This document shows, piece after piece, positions 47,711 to 58,171 of a stretch of 64,000 nt of DNA. This DNA is from Candidatus Krumholzibacteriia bacterium (GTDB lineage Bacteria > Krumholzibacteriota > Krumholzibacteriia > WVZY01), in contig JBHHVD010000001.1 in assembly GCA_046754105.1 (NCBI GenBank), forward strand, positions 1 to 64,000, read 5' to 3'. A program made the position numbers and the translations under genes. Position 1 is the first letter of the stretch; each line of letters starts with the position of its first letter. A model generated the notes under the pieces. It ran no database searches and was not told the origin of the DNA. It was given only the letters and a program-made list of their open reading frames with translations.

Positions 47711-48937
47711 ATGACACCGGAACGGCGCACAATTCTGGTTCTGTTTGCGATAGCCCTTGGCCTGCGTGTCCTGTACGCCGCGTTCGCCAGCACCCAGCCC
47801 GACATCATCACGGGCGCCGTCACCGGCGATCTCCTCTACGCCCGGGAAATCGTCGCGGGGCTCGACTGGATCAAGACTCCATACTCCCCGCTGGCCCCGG
47901 GTTACCCGGCGTTGCTAGCCATTCTTTACCTCCTGGCGTTCAAGCAACTGTGGCTGGTGCTGTTCTACCAGTCCGCCCTCGGTGCGGCGACCGTCCTGGT
48001 GCTCCATCGCATGGGGGTCGATCTTCTAGGCAAGACCATGGGCCTGGTGGCGGCAGTGTGGTTCGCCGGCGCCGTTCTCCATATGCAGTACACCAGTCTT
48101 TTCACGCGTGACGCTCTCGCCGTTTTCCTGCTGCTGCTGCTGCTATTCTTCGTTATCAGACCCCTGCGGAGAATGCGCTTCGGGCTCTTCACCGGCATCG
48201 TCTACGCGGCGTTGGTACATGTCGATCCTCAGTTCGTGCTGCTCTTTCCCCTTCTTGCCGTATTCATTCTTTTTTTCAAGAGCCGGCACAACATTCTGAA
48301 CCTGCAGTATTTCTTCTTGTTCACCGCCGCGGTGTTCCTGGTGTCCGTCCCGTGGGCCGTTCGCAACCAGGTCGTTTACCGGCAGGCCGTGCCCATAGCA
48401 TTGGAAGCTTCGAAATACTTTCGTCCGTTCAAGGTGTTTACAACCGAAGCGGACAAAACGGTGTCTCAAATCGAGAGGAAAATCAGCAGTGCGTCGCGCA
48501 GCCGCCGCGTCCAGACCAACACGACGGAGTTCTGGCGAGTCACAAGAACCGGTGAATCATCCGTTACGCCCACAGGCGACCGGCCGCCGGCCGAACCCGC
48601 CTGGTCGCTGCGACACAACCTGATCAGCGCGGTGAGTTACGGCCTGTTGCTACCGTTTTTCCTGCTTGGAATCATTCTGGCGGTACGGACGAGGAATCGC
48701 ACGGCGTTGATGATCGTGGCAACGGCGTTGTACTACTTCCTGATGAGAGCCTACCTGGGCGGGAGCGAACGAGCTCGTCTCGTCGCCGATCCGTTGATCG
48801 TGCTGGTCGCTTTCTACGGGGTGCTCTTCGTAACGCGCAGGATGTTTTCTTTTCCACGCCCGGACGGCGAACGCGGTCAACAATCCTCACGGAGGTCGCG
48901 GCCGGTTATTTCGGGGGGCACGTCGACGCCCATGTAG
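47711..48937 (+). CDS. Polytopic membrane glycosyltransferase (ArnT/PMT, GT-C-like)
   Basis: ALGLRV, PGYP, PWAVRN and C-terminal R..L..DP motifs; many TM segments. Confidence 0.65.
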   Translation: MTPERRTILVLFAIALGLRVLYAAFASTQPDIITGAVTGDLLYAREIVAGLDWIKTPYSPLAPGYPALLAILYLLAFKQLWLVLFYQSALGAATVLVLHRMGVDLLGKTMGLVAAVWFAGAVLHMQYTSLFTRDALAVFLLLLLLFFVIRPLRRMRFGLFTGIVYAALVHVDPQFVLLFPLLAVFILFFKSRHNILNLQYFFLFTAAVFLVSVPWAVRNQVVYRQAVPIALEASKYFRPFKVFTTEADKTVSQIERKISSASRSRRVQTNTTEFWRVTRTGESSVTPTGDRPPAEPAWSLRHNLISAVSYGLLLPFFLLGIILAVRTRNRTALMIVATALYYFLMRAYLGGSERARLVADPLIVLVAFYGVLFVTRRMFSFPRPDGERGQQSSRRSRPVISGGTSTPM

Positions 48938-50430
48938 TGGCACATGGTCGGCGCGATTTCCTTCAGAGATCCCCCCTCGATCAGGTTGCCGTCGTACCGC
49001 TCATCGACCAGAATGCAGGGTACCGGGTTGGTGGTGTGCGCCGTGTGCGGCCCGCCCGTCTCGGGGTCGATCATCAACTCCGCGTTGCCGTGGTCCGCGG
49101 TCACGATCGCGGCGTCCCGCCCGGGGTCCAGCGCTTCGATCACCCGCCCGACACAGGTATCCACCGTCTCCACCGCCTCGATCGCCGCTTCGAGCACTCC
49201 GGTGTGGCCGACCATGTCGGGATTGGCGAAGTTACATACAACGTAGTCGTGGCGATTCTCCCCCAGTGTCTGGATCAGGGCCTCGGTGACCCCGAGGGCG
49301 CTCATGGCCGGTTGCAGGTCGTACGTCGCCACGCTGGGAGACGGCACCAGGATCCGGTCCTCACCCTCGAACGGCTCTTCAACACCCCCGTTGAAGAAAT
49401 AGGTGACGTGCGCGTATTTTTCCGTCTCAGCCAGACGGAATCCCGTGCGGCCCGCCGCCGCCGCCACCGCGCCGAGGATGTTTTTCATTCCGGCGCGTGG
49501 GAACGCGACGGGCAGTTTGAAGCGCTTATCGTAGGCGGTCATACAGACGAAATCGACCTCAGGCCTGGCCTCGCGCGTGAACCCGGTGAAGCCGGCCTCG
49601 GTGAAGGCCGCCGTCAATTGCCGTGCGCGGTCGGCGCGAAAGTTGAAGAAGATGATCGAGTCGCCGTCGCGAACGGTGCCAACCGGTTTGCCCTTGCCGT
49701 CGGTTACGACTATGGGCTCGACGAATTCATCGGTGACGTCCCTGTCGTAGGATTCCCGCAACGCCCCCTGGTAGTCGGTGACGCGCCGACCCCGGCCGGC
49801 GGTAAGCGCGTCGTAGCCTTTCTGGACCCGGTCCCAGCGTTTGTCCCGGTCCATGCAGTAGTAGCGCCCGCACACCGTCGCCACCCGGCCGAGTCGTGCC
49901 GCATCGAGTTCGTCCTGCAAATCGGAGAGATACCGCGTTCCGGCGGTCGGCGAGGTGTCACGGCCATCGAGAAACGCGTGTACGCAAACGTCTCGTACGC
50001 CTCGGCGGCGGGCCATCTCCAGGAGCGCGTAGAGATGCTCCCGGGTGCTGTGTACGCCGCCGGTCGACAACAGGCCCATCAAGTGCAGGGTGCCGCGGTC
50101 CCCGACCGCGTCGCAGGCGCCGGTCAGCGCGCCGTTCTCGAAGAACTCACCGCTCTCGATCGCCCTGGATATCCGCATGATGTCCTGGTAAACCACGCGG
50201 CCGGCGCCGAGGTTGAGGTGGCCGACCTCGCTGTTTCCCATCTGGCCCGCGGGCAGACCTACTTCGGTACCCGACGGATCCAGCGTCGTGTGCGGATACC
50301 GATTCCACAGGCCGTCGACGATCGGTGTTGCGGCCTGCGCCACGGCGTTCGCTTGCCCGTCGGCCCTGAGGCCCCATCCGTCCATGATCAGTAGCACGAT
50401 TCGTCGCTTCACTCTTTCCACCTTCTTCAC
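48877..50430 (-). CDS. gpmI: 2,3-bisphosphoglycerate-independent phosphoglycerate mutase
   Basis: MDGWG, GQMGNSEVGH, DGRD, ETEKYAHVT, NPDMVGHTG and TADHGNAE motifs. Confidence 0.97.
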   Translation of the reverse strand: MKKVERVKRRIVLLIMDGWGLRADGQANAVAQAATPIVDGLWNRYPHTTLDPSGTEVGLPAGQMGNSEVGHLNLGAGRVVYQDIMRISRAIESGEFFENGALTGACDAVGDRGTLHLMGLLSTGGVHSTREHLYALLEMARRRGVRDVCVHAFLDGRDTSPTAGTRYLSDLQDELDAARLGRVATVCGRYYCMDRDKRWDRVQKGYDALTAGRGRRVTDYQGALRESYDRDVTDEFVEPIVVTDGKGKPVGTVRDGDSIIFFNFRADRARQLTAAFTEAGFTGFTREARPEVDFVCMTAYDKRFKLPVAFPRAGMKNILGAVAAAAGRTGFRLAETEKYAHVTYFFNGGVEEPFEGEDRILVPSPSVATYDLQPAMSALGVTEALIQTLGENRHDYVVCNFANPDMVGHTGVLEAAIEAVETVDTCVGRVIEALDPGRDAAIVTADHGNAELMIDPETGGPHTAHTTNPVPCILVDERYDGNLIEGGSLKEIAPTMCHYMGVDVPPEITGRDLREDC

Positions 50431-52724
50431 TACGGCTCGTTCCTCTCGAGATCGGCGCGCACGCGCTCGAGATTCACCTGGGCGTTCCGGTTCGAGGGGT
50501 CTATTTCAAGGGCCTTCACGAACTCCTTCTCGGCCCGCTCGAATTCGCCCATGTTTGCATATACCGACCCGAGGGTGATGTGCCCGTTGGAGTAGTTCGG
50601 CTCGACACGTACGGCGCGGGCTCCGTACCGGTGCGCGGCATCGAGCTCGCCGAGCTGGAGGAACATGATCGCCAGGTTGTTCATGGCGAAGACGTTCTCC
50701 GGGTTCAACTCGATCGCCCTCTCGAAGGCCTGCCTGGCGAGATCGTACTGCTTCAGTTTACCGTAGCACACGCCGAGGTTGTTGAGCGCCGCCGGAAAGT
50801 CGGGCCTGAGGGAGAGCGCCTTGTTGAATTCTTCAACGGCCTTGCGGTACTCGCCCTTCTCCTGGTATCGCTGGCCGAGGTTGTTGTGGGCGTCCGGGTT
50901 GCCGCTGCCGGTGCGCTCGGGCGTAATATAGGCCAGGGCCTCTAGCTTCTTCATCACCTGTTCGGCTGCCTCGTCGTCCGCCTCGAAAGACTCTGCGTCA
51001 TTCGTGCGCGTCCGCTGCAAGGTGGCGAGCCGCGTCGTGTTCAGCCGTTCGACCAGCGGCTCCTCCAGGGCCTCCGACAGCACCTTGCCGGGCATGTCGG
51101 CGGGCACCGGCAGCCCCTGCAGTCCCAGCACCGTCGGGGTGACGTCGAGGACCGATGCGTTTTCTATGCGTCGTCCGGGGCGTATGCCGTTTCCGTACAG
51201 GCAGATGATCCCGTCCAGCTTGTGCCAGAACGCGGCCTTTCCCGCCCATATCTCCGGACGCAGTCGCGGCCGCAGGGCGCCGCTCTTGAAACCGTGATCC
51301 GACGCCACGATCACTACGGTGCGGTCGTCGCATTTCTCCAGTAGCTCTCCGATGATGCGATCCTGTAGCACGTAGGCCTCGGCGACCGCGTTCTTGAACT
51401 TCCGGTAGGCGGTGTCGTCCGTGTCGGGCAACCTCGGCGGGGCATAATGCATGAAGAGATGCTTGGTCGCGTCCACGAGTTCGAAATAAACGGCCAGAAA
51501 ATCCGGCTGCTCGGGGCCGAGCAGCTCCATGGCGATCCGGTGGTAACTCAGGGTCGAGGCGTAGAGCATGATCATACTGTTGATCGGGTTCTTGGGATCG
51601 AACGCGGAGGCCCGGTTTTTCAGGAAAGTGTCGCGGTCGATGTCGATGAACGGTTTGAATTCATCGTAGGTTACAGACTCGCTCGGCAAGACCAATTCCG
51701 ATATCTCGGCCAGCCGCTCCGCGGGCGATACGCTCCCCGGCAATACCGCGGAGTCATCCGCGGCGTCTGCATAGGCCAGGTAGCCGACACGATCCGTTAC
51801 CATGGTGCCGTTGATCGCTTCTGCGGGAAACGTTGCCAGCCAGCCGACAATACTCACCCTGCGTCCGGCGTCGCTCAGCATGTTCCAGAATGCGTCGACC
51901 CTTCGCGCCCGGCGGCTGATCGGCACTTTCTTGCCCGTCTTCGGATCGACGACGGTAAAGTTGAGTACGCCGTGGTCCTCCGGGAGCTTGCCCGTGGCCA
52001 CGGTCGTCCAAATCAGGGGCGAGAGAAGCGGTTCGATGGATCGCAGCGGGCCGCTGGTGCCGCCTTCCACGATCTTGCGGAAATTCGGCAGCCGGTCTCC
52101 GGCCATCATCGCTCGCAGGATGTCCCAGTCCGCACCGTCGACACCGACGAAGAGCACCTTGCGCAGCGGCTCGGGCTCGACAGCGACGACGGGTGCTTCC
52201 CCACCCGACCTCCATCCCTCGAGCCGGTACTCGGCGACCTCGAGGCCCGCGGGGGTAAGCGCCTTTATCACCTCGCCGATCACCGCCTTGTCGTAGCCGG
52301 CCGGCATGGCGCCGCCCGTCACCAGCGGCCAGCGCGCGGTCTCTATTTCAACCGTCTCCCGAACGATCCTGGAAAGCCCTGCGTAGAATTCATCGCCGAC
52401 CAGCGGCTGGATCAGGGCCCCCGCCCGGTCGGGTACCCGCATGCGGAGGCCGAGGGCCAGATGCGCCTTGCCACCCTCCTTGCCCAGCAGAGAGTACACC
52501 CCCTCGTCGGGAAAACGGTATTCGACCTCCCCGGCGGGGTAGAGCAACCAGCGGGCCGAGAACGGCGGTACGAAGTGAAGGCCCCGCCCGTACGACGTCG
52601 CCTCGCCGTCGTCTCCGATGCGGACCGCCTGGTACCCCTGCGGCACGCGCCGGACGACCAGGGCCGATACCAGGCCCACGACGGCCGCGGCGAGGGCGAG
52701 CGCTATGATCGCGCGTTGTTTCAT
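50430..52724 (-). CDS. Alkaline-phosphatase-superfamily (NPP-like) protein with SPFH-like N-terminus and C-terminal TPRs
   Basis: GVDGADW, SPLIWTTVATGK, SDHGF and DVTPT; TPRs (AHNNLG, ALNNLG, AMNNLA); N-terminal TM followed by VPQGYQAV..GLHFVPP. Confidence 0.82.
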   Translation of the reverse strand: MKQRAIIALALAAAVVGLVSALVVRRVPQGYQAVRIGDDGEATSYGRGLHFVPPFSARWLLYPAGEVEYRFPDEGVYSLLGKEGGKAHLALGLRMRVPDRAGALIQPLVGDEFYAGLSRIVRETVEIETARWPLVTGGAMPAGYDKAVIGEVIKALTPAGLEVAEYRLEGWRSGGEAPVVAVEPEPLRKVLFVGVDGADWDILRAMMAGDRLPNFRKIVEGGTSGPLRSIEPLLSPLIWTTVATGKLPEDHGVLNFTVVDPKTGKKVPISRRARRVDAFWNMLSDAGRRVSIVGWLATFPAEAINGTMVTDRVGYLAYADAADDSAVLPGSVSPAERLAEISELVLPSESVTYDEFKPFIDIDRDTFLKNRASAFDPKNPINSMIMLYASTLSYHRIAMELLGPEQPDFLAVYFELVDATKHLFMHYAPPRLPDTDDTAYRKFKNAVAEAYVLQDRIIGELLEKCDDRTVVIVASDHGFKSGALRPRLRPEIWAGKAAFWHKLDGIICLYGNGIRPGRRIENASVLDVTPTVLGLQGLPVPADMPGKVLSEALEEPLVERLNTTRLATLQRTRTNDAESFEADDEAAEQVMKKLEALAYITPERTGSGNPDAHNNLGQRYQEKGEYRKAVEEFNKALSLRPDFPAALNNLGVCYGKLKQYDLARQAFERAIELNPENVFAMNNLAIMFLQLGELDAAHRYGARAVRVEPNYSNGHITLGSVYANMGEFERAEKEFVKALEIDPSNRNAQVNLERVRADLERNEP

Positions 52725-52823
52725 GATGGCATGATAATACGCGATTGCCCGGGGTAGATGTGAGAACAATCCAATCAAGCGGCGTCGCTTTTGCGCTGGC
52801 GAGAACTCGCGAACACGGTTATA

Positions 52824-53765
52824 ATGAGCTTTTTTCGCGCCCCACCTCCACCACGATCGCAAACGAACGTGCCGTCACCGGATACATCTGCCAGGAAAGT
52901 CGCTGTCGTCGTCCTGACGTGGAACGGCAGATCGCTGACGCTCGACTGCCTGGAATCGCTCGCGGCCTTGACATGGGGCAATCTGGAAACCGTGGTAGTG
53001 GACAACCACTCGACCGATGGTACCGCGGAAGCGATAAAAAGTTCCTGCGGCGAGACCGTCTCGGTGCTCGTTAACCCGGAAAACCTTGGATTTTCCGGTG
53101 GAAACAACGTCGGGATACGGTACGCGCTCGACCGCGGCGCCGACTGGGTTCTTCTTCTCAACAACGATACCATCGTCGACCCCGGGCTCGTGGATCGTCT
53201 GGTTGAGGCGGCGGCCTGCGCTCCGGATGTCGGCGTCGTCGGCCCAAAGATCTATTATTCACACCCTCCCGATCGCATATGGTCCGCCGGCGGCGAGATT
53301 TTTCTCTCGCGGGGCACCGCCCGCCACATCGGCATACGCCGGCGCGACACGGGCGAGTACGACACGCCGCGCGACGTGGATTATGTCAGCGGATGCGCTC
53401 TGATGGCGAGCCGCGACGTGTTCGAAACCATCGGTCTTCTCGACTCCTCCTACGTCCTCTACTTCGAAGACGCGGATTTTTGCACGCGGGCGAGGATGCA
53501 CGGCTTTCGCGTGAGGTATGCGCCGGGCGCCGTAGTATGGCACCGGATATCCTCGGCGACCGGCGGACAATTCGGCCGCCGGAAGGTCGCGCTCAAACTG
53601 CGGAGTGCGGTCAAGTTCTTTCGCCGGTACGCATCCCCGCACCACTGGCTTACCATTCCTTTGTTTTTTACAATCGACGTCATCCGTATTATCATCCTCG
53701 TCCTTGCCGGACGCATTCACAACACCACCGAGCGGGACGGAACGTCCCACGGGAGCAGGCCATGA
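52824..53765 (+). CDS. GT2 glycosyltransferase (WbbL-like)
   Basis: VVLTWN, VDNHSTDG, NLGFSGGNN, LLNND, SGCALM and YFEDAD motifs; start uncertain. Confidence 0.9.
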   Translation: MSFFRAPPPPRSQTNVPSPDTSARKVAVVVLTWNGRSLTLDCLESLAALTWGNLETVVVDNHSTDGTAEAIKSSCGETVSVLVNPENLGFSGGNNVGIRYALDRGADWVLLLNNDTIVDPGLVDRLVEAAACAPDVGVVGPKIYYSHPPDRIWSAGGEIFLSRGTARHIGIRRRDTGEYDTPRDVDYVSGCALMASRDVFETIGLLDSSYVLYFEDADFCTRARMHGFRVRYAPGAVVWHRISSATGGQFGRRKVALKLRSAVKFFRRYASPHHWLTIPLFFTIDVIRIIILVLAGRIHNTTERDGTSHGSRP

Positions 53766-54622
53766 CCATCGTAATCTTTGGCGGAGACGGCCAGTTAGGG
53801 TCCGACCTGCGGCAAGCCCTGTCTGCGGGCGACGTCGTGCCGGTGGGCCACGAGGACGCCGATATCGTAGACGCCAACGCCGTCGCCGGGGCCGTCGCCG
53901 GGGCCCGACCGCAATGGGTCATCAACTCGGCCGCAATGACGCACGTCGACCGCTGCGAGGAAGAGGACGTCAGGGCATTCGAGATCAACGCGCTCGGCGC
54001 GCGCAACGTGGCCGTGGCGGCCCGGTCGCACGGCGCCCGGATCGTTCACATCAGCACCGATTACGTGTTCGACGGTTCCAAGGGCGAGCCCTACGTGGAG
54101 GAAGACCTGCCGCGCCCGATAAGCGCGTACGGATTGTCCAAGCTCGCCGGCGAGATGTTTGTCCGGACGCTGCACCCCGAACACTACATCATCCGCACGA
54201 GCGGCCTGTACGGTCTTCACCGCTGCCGTGGAAAAGGCACCAACTTCGTGGATACGATGCTCCGGTTGTCAAGGGAAAGGGACGTGCTGCGAGTCGTAAG
54301 TGACGAGGTGCTGACGCCAACGTTTTCCCACGATCTTGCCCAACAGATACGCGTGATGATCGAGGAGAATCCCCCGTACGGGATCTACCACGCCACCAAC
54401 TTGGGACAATGTTCCTGGCATGAATTCGCTGCGGAGATCTTTCGCCTGGCAGGTAGCGGCGCGCGGCTGGAAGAGACCACGGCGGCCGAATGGAAGGCTC
54501 CGGCAAGGCGCCCCGCCTGCTCGGTACTGAAAAACGCCGCGCTCGAGGGCGCGGGCATCCAGTCGATGCCTGACTGGAAGGACGCCCTGCGGCGGTACCT
54601 CGAAGCCCGGCCCGCCGCCTAG
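53762..54622 (+). CDS. rfbD: dTDP-4-dehydrorhamnose reductase
   Basis: GGDGQLG, HISTDYVFDG, YGLSKLAGE and ARRP motifs. Confidence 0.95.
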   Translation: MTIVIFGGDGQLGSDLRQALSAGDVVPVGHEDADIVDANAVAGAVAGARPQWVINSAAMTHVDRCEEEDVRAFEINALGARNVAVAARSHGARIVHISTDYVFDGSKGEPYVEEDLPRPISAYGLSKLAGEMFVRTLHPEHYIIRTSGLYGLHRCRGKGTNFVDTMLRLSRERDVLRVVSDEVLTPTFSHDLAQQIRVMIEENPPYGIYHATNLGQCSWHEFAAEIFRLAGSGARLEETTAAEWKAPARRPACSVLKNAALEGAGIQSMPDWKDALRRYLEARPAA

Positions 54623-54897
54623 AACACCGCGTTCACTACCGCGAAAGCGACGAACACGAGGACCAGGACGGGAATTGCGACAACGGCGAGCACGAGAGGA
54701 AGTACGCTGGACACGGCCCAGGCGGCGACGATAGCGGCCGGAATCAGGAGCACGAGCCCCACCGCGCCCTTGACGACCCACCAGCCCAACTTGAGCGGCA
54801 GAACTACCAGCCAGAACAGGAACTTGAGCAAACCGATGAACATCGCGCCCGCGAGAAAAATAAGCCCTACGACAACCAGAAATTCCAACATCACCAC
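54619..54897 (-). CDS. Small hydrophobic membrane protein
   Basis: 92 aa, almost entirely hydrophobic; GAGG RBS. Confidence 0.65.
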   Translation of the reverse strand: MVMLEFLVVVGLIFLAGAMFIGLLKFLFWLVVLPLKLGWWVVKGAVGLVLLIPAAIVAAWAVSSVLPLVLAVVAIPVLVLVFVAFAVVNAVF

Positions 54898-55112
54898 ATC
54901 CTCTTAATCGGCTGTTAGAGTCTACGACGGGAGTTCAGGAATGTTACACGGGCGGCGTCCGGTTTATTCGACCTCGGCGGGAGCCTCGACGGGCCCCGGT
55001 GGCGGCCGCGCCCCGACCGTCGGCCCGGTTCCCCACACCCCACGTGGTTTTCATGACATTTCTCAAGAATCGTCTTGTTTGTGAGAAATATTTCACATAT
55101 GTTGTTTGTGGG

Positions 55113-55141
55113 TTGACTTTGAGAATCGATTCACCTAACGT
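55113..55141 (+). promoter_or_regulatory. sigma70-type promoter of the atp operon with an overlapping Rex-like box
   Basis: TTGACT-N17-TAACGT; the spacer contains TTGAGAA-TCGA-TTCACC; a second box TGAGAA-ATAT-TTCACA lies at 55082-55097. Confidence 0.55.
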
Positions 55142-55212
55142 GCATTGATAATTTGCGTCATCGGTGAATAAACGAACCAGCCCCTGGCTGGGTCCCTTCG
55201 TTTGACGTCTCC

Positions 55213-55458
55213 TTGCAAAAAAAGAACGACCGAAACCGCTTTGAGGGTGTGCGCCAGGCCGGTCTACTGACGACCATCCCCGTTCTGCTGGCGATATCGC
55301 CGCTGATCGGATTTTTTATCGGTCGGTTTCTCGACGGCAAGTTCAAGACGGATCCGCTTTTTACCATTATATTCCTGATCCTGGGATTCGTCGCCGGGGC
55401 CATGCAGACCGCTCGCGTAATCCGGCTGGCGAACCGTGACTCGGACGAGAAGGACTAA
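55213..55458 (+). CDS. AtpZ/AtpI-family small membrane protein
   Basis: IGFFIGRFLD...T.PLFTIIFLILGFVAG; first gene of the atp operon. Confidence 0.85.
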   Translation: MQKKNDRNRFEGVRQAGLLTTIPVLLAISPLIGFFIGRFLDGKFKTDPLFTIIFLILGFVAGAMQTARVIRLANRDSDEKD

Positions 55459-55462
55459 CGTC

Positions 55463-55882
55463 GTGGGTTTGGAGTTTCTGCAGCGTGTGCGAAAGACATC
55501 GATCGTAACGGGTCTCGTCGTTCTCCCCGTGGTCTCCGCCTACGTGGGGCTGGCGGCCGGCGTGGCCTGGGCTCTGGGCGTGACGTGGTCGCTCGTCAAC
55601 GTCTATGTCATCGGGCTGCTGGTACGGTTCGCCTACACGGACGGGAAAAAGGAGCGGCTGCGGGCGGCGCTCCTCTTTGTGGTCAAGATCCCGGTGCTCT
55701 ACCTGATCGGCTACCTGCTGCTCAGGAGCGACCGCCTGCCCGATCCCGGACTGCTGGCCGGCTTCATGTGGCCGCTGTCGGTGATCGTCTTGAAGGCATT
55801 CGCAAGGCTCATCCTGAGAATGGACGAGCGGAAGCAGACACCTTACGACGCCGAACCCGACGTCATGCACGGGGACAAGTAG
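55463..55882 (+). CDS. atpI: ATP synthase accessory subunit I
   Basis: Four TM segments, located directly before atpB; start approximate. Confidence 0.75.
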   Translation: MGLEFLQRVRKTSIVTGLVVLPVVSAYVGLAAGVAWALGVTWSLVNVYVIGLLVRFAYTDGKKERLRAALLFVVKIPVLYLIGYLLLRSDRLPDPGLLAGFMWPLSVIVLKAFARLILRMDERKQTPYDAEPDVMHGDK

Positions 55883-55883
55883 C

Positions 55884-56720
55884 GTGGTAGTATTGGAGAG
55901 ACTCAGAGGCTTTCTCGAGGTGGCCCTCGCCGCCGCCCAGGAAACGCACGGTGGCGGAGGTGAGCAGCACGAGCTGCCCAACTTTCTCACCATCGTCATC
56001 GAACTCGTCGGCGGAGGCAGCGCGGCGGCCTTCCTGCACCGGTGGGAAAACGTCATTTTTTCGCTGATTATTATTACGGTGCTGGTGCTGATCGCCCGCG
56101 CCGCCTCGAGGAACCCCAAGATGGTGCCCGGCGGGCTGCAAAACGTCGTCGAAATGGTCGTCGAGACCCTTGAAAATTTCATCGTCGGCGTAATCGGGCC
56201 GCGCGGGCGCAAATTCGTTCCATTTCTTGGCACGCTGTTCCTGTACATCTATTTCATGAACATAGCCGGGCTCATCCCTTTTCTGAAATCACCATCGGCA
56301 AGCATCAACACCACGGTGGCACTCGCCCTGTGCGTGTTTTTGTACGTGCAGTACACCGGCATCAGGGAAAACGGCATCATCGGTTATGTCGACCATCTGA
56401 TGGGGCAACCGCGCAACGCCATGCAATGGGCCTTCGTGCCGCTCATGCTTCCGATCCACATCATCGGCGAGTTCGCCAAGCCGATGAGTCTCTCTTTACG
56501 CTTGTTCGGCAACGTCACCGGCGAGGACATCCTGATCTTCATTTTTGTAAGCCTCGGGGTGACGGTAATGAGTTTTACGCATGCACCAATCGGCATTCCG
56601 CTTCAGCTGCCTTTTATTTTTCTTGCCTTGTTGACGAGCTTCATTCAGGCGCTCGTGTTTACGTTGTTGAGCACTATTTACTTCGCGATGATGCTTCCCC
56701 ATGAGGAAGAGCATCACTAG
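55884..56720 (+). CDS. atpB: F0 subunit a
   Basis: [18 protein letters not shown] and [13 protein letters not shown] motifs. Confidence 0.96.
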   Translation: MVVLERLRGFLEVALAAAQETHGGGGEQHELPNFLTIVIELVGGGSAAAFLHRWENVIFSLIIITVLVLIARAASRNPKMVPGGLQNVVEMVVETLENFIVGVIGPRGRKFVPFLGTLFLYIYFMNIAGLIPFLKSPSASINTTVALALCVFLYVQYTGIRENGIIGYVDHLMGQPRNAMQWAFVPLMLPIHIIGEFAKPMSLSLRLFGNVTGEDILIFIFVSLGVTVMSFTHAPIGIPLQLPFIFLALLTSFIQALVFTLLSTIYFAMMLPHEEEHH

Positions 56721-56740
56721 CCACGAGGAGGAGAAACGCA

Positions 56741-56977
56741 ATGGACTATCAAGCGATGTTGGCCTGGGCGCTTCCCATCGGCATCGGTTTCGCTGCAATC
56801 GGCAGCGGTATCGGCCTGGGCCGCGCAGTGGGTTCCGCCATGGAGGCCATCGGCCGCCAGCCGGAGGCGTCGGGCAAGATCCAGACCGCGATGATCATCG
56901 GAGCGGCCCTGATCGAAGCGCTCACGATCTACGCGCTGGTTACAATGTTCATGCTCAAGGGTCTGATCGGTCACTGA
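56741..56977 (+). CDS. atpE: F0 subunit c (H+-type signature)
   Basis: GxGxGxG helix, RQPE loop, LIEALTIY; lacks the Gln and Glu-Ser/Thr Na+ ligands. Confidence 0.97.
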   Translation: MDYQAMLAWALPIGIGFAAIGSGIGLGRAVGSAMEAIGRQPEASGKIQTAMIIGAALIEALTIYALVTMFMLKGLIGH

Positions 56978-57060
56978 TCAATTCGCGCCCATTCGCCTGA
57001 TGCGCCGGCCCCGCGGCTTCGAGCGCACAGGCCGTCGTTCGAAACGGCAAGGAGCTCAAC

Positions 57061-57543
57061 ATGAACATTGATCCAGGACAGATCGTCACTCATATCATCG
57101 GCTTTCTCCTGGCGTGCTGGCTGCTGAAACGCTACGCGTGGGAAAGCGTTCTCGGCTTCGTGGAAAAGCGCCGCGCGGCCATCGCGGCGTCGTTCGACCA
57201 GATCGAGAAGGACCAGGCCCTGGTCGCCACGCAAAAGGAGAACCTCGACAGGGAGTTCCTCAAGATCGAAGAAACGCGCAGGGAGAGGATACAGGAAGCA
57301 GCCCGCGAAGCGGACACCCTGGCCGGCGAGATCAAGGAAGAAGCACGGAGGGAGGCCCTGGCGGCACGCGAGAAATCGAAGCAGGACATCGCCCTCGAAC
57401 TCGACAAGGCCAACGAGGTTCTCAAGGACCGCATCATCGACGCGGTCATCCACACGACCGAGAAGATGATACTGGAACGGCTGGACAAGAAGAAACACGG
57501 CGAACTCATCGATCGATTCCTTTCCTCGGTAAAGGTGAGTTGA
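57061..57543 (+). CDS. atpF: F0 subunit b
   Basis: N-terminal TM, LKRYAW..V....EKRR, long coiled coil. Confidence 0.93.
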   Translation: MNIDPGQIVTHIIGFLLACWLLKRYAWESVLGFVEKRRAAIAASFDQIEKDQALVATQKENLDREFLKIEETRRERIQEAAREADTLAGEIKEEARREALAAREKSKQDIALELDKANEVLKDRIIDAVIHTTEKMILERLDKKKHGELIDRFLSSVKVS

Positions 57544-57604
57544 TGGGAAGCCGCACAGCAGACGGTGCCGCGGGAGCGGCTGCGACAGGGGGGGGCGCGA
57601 CCTG

Positions 57605-58153
57605 ATGCTTTTGCGTGGGGTGGCCAACCGGTACTCGACCGCACTCTTCAACGCGGCGCTCGACGCGGGCGTGGCCGGAGAGGTGCGCGACGAGCTCCTC
57701 GGCTTCAAGGATGTGCTGTCGGCGAGCCCTGAGTTCCGCAGTTTCCTTCTCTCGCCGCAGGTGTTGACGGAACACAAGCGGGACATCGTCAACTCGACGA
57801 TCGGCAAGAAGGGGTCGCCGCTCTTCGCGCGGTTCGTGCTGCTGCTGCTCGACAAGAAGCGTTTTTTCTTCATCGATGAAATTGCTGATTCCTACATCGA
57901 AATCTATGAGCGCCACGAGGGCATTCTGAAAGTGGAAGTCGTTACCGCGGTGCCACTGGACGCCAGCATGGAGAAAAAGGTGGTCGCCAAACTGGAAAAA
58001 GAAACCGGCAAGAAGATACGAATTACACCTGTAACGGACCCCGAGATCATCGGGGGCATGATTCTCATGATGGAAGACAAAATTATTGACGGCAGCATTC
58101 GCTTCCAGTTGGAAAAGCTTCGGCGGGACCTGGGCGCGATTCGCGTCGCTTGA
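57605..58153 (+). CDS. atpH: F1 subunit delta
   Basis: VANRYSTALF, DPEIIGG and IDGSIR motifs. Confidence 0.95.
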   Translation: MLLRGVANRYSTALFNAALDAGVAGEVRDELLGFKDVLSASPEFRSFLLSPQVLTEHKRDIVNSTIGKKGSPLFARFVLLLLDKKRFFFIDEIADSYIEIYERHEGILKVEVVTAVPLDASMEKKVVAKLEKETGKKIRITPVTDPEIIGGMILMMEDKIIDGSIRFQLEKLRRDLGAIRVA

Positions 58154-58171
58154 TCAAGAGGAGAACACAGG

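Noticed and set aside
48877..48937. 61-nt overlap of convergent genes (GT-C-like and gpmI)
   Set aside because: A low-information C-terminal tail running into the neighbour; common in GC-rich genomes
56741..56977. Na+-coupled or N-type ATPase
   Set aside because: Subunit c lacks the Gln and Glu-Ser/Thr Na+ ligands, and the gene order is the standard IBEFHAGDC including delta
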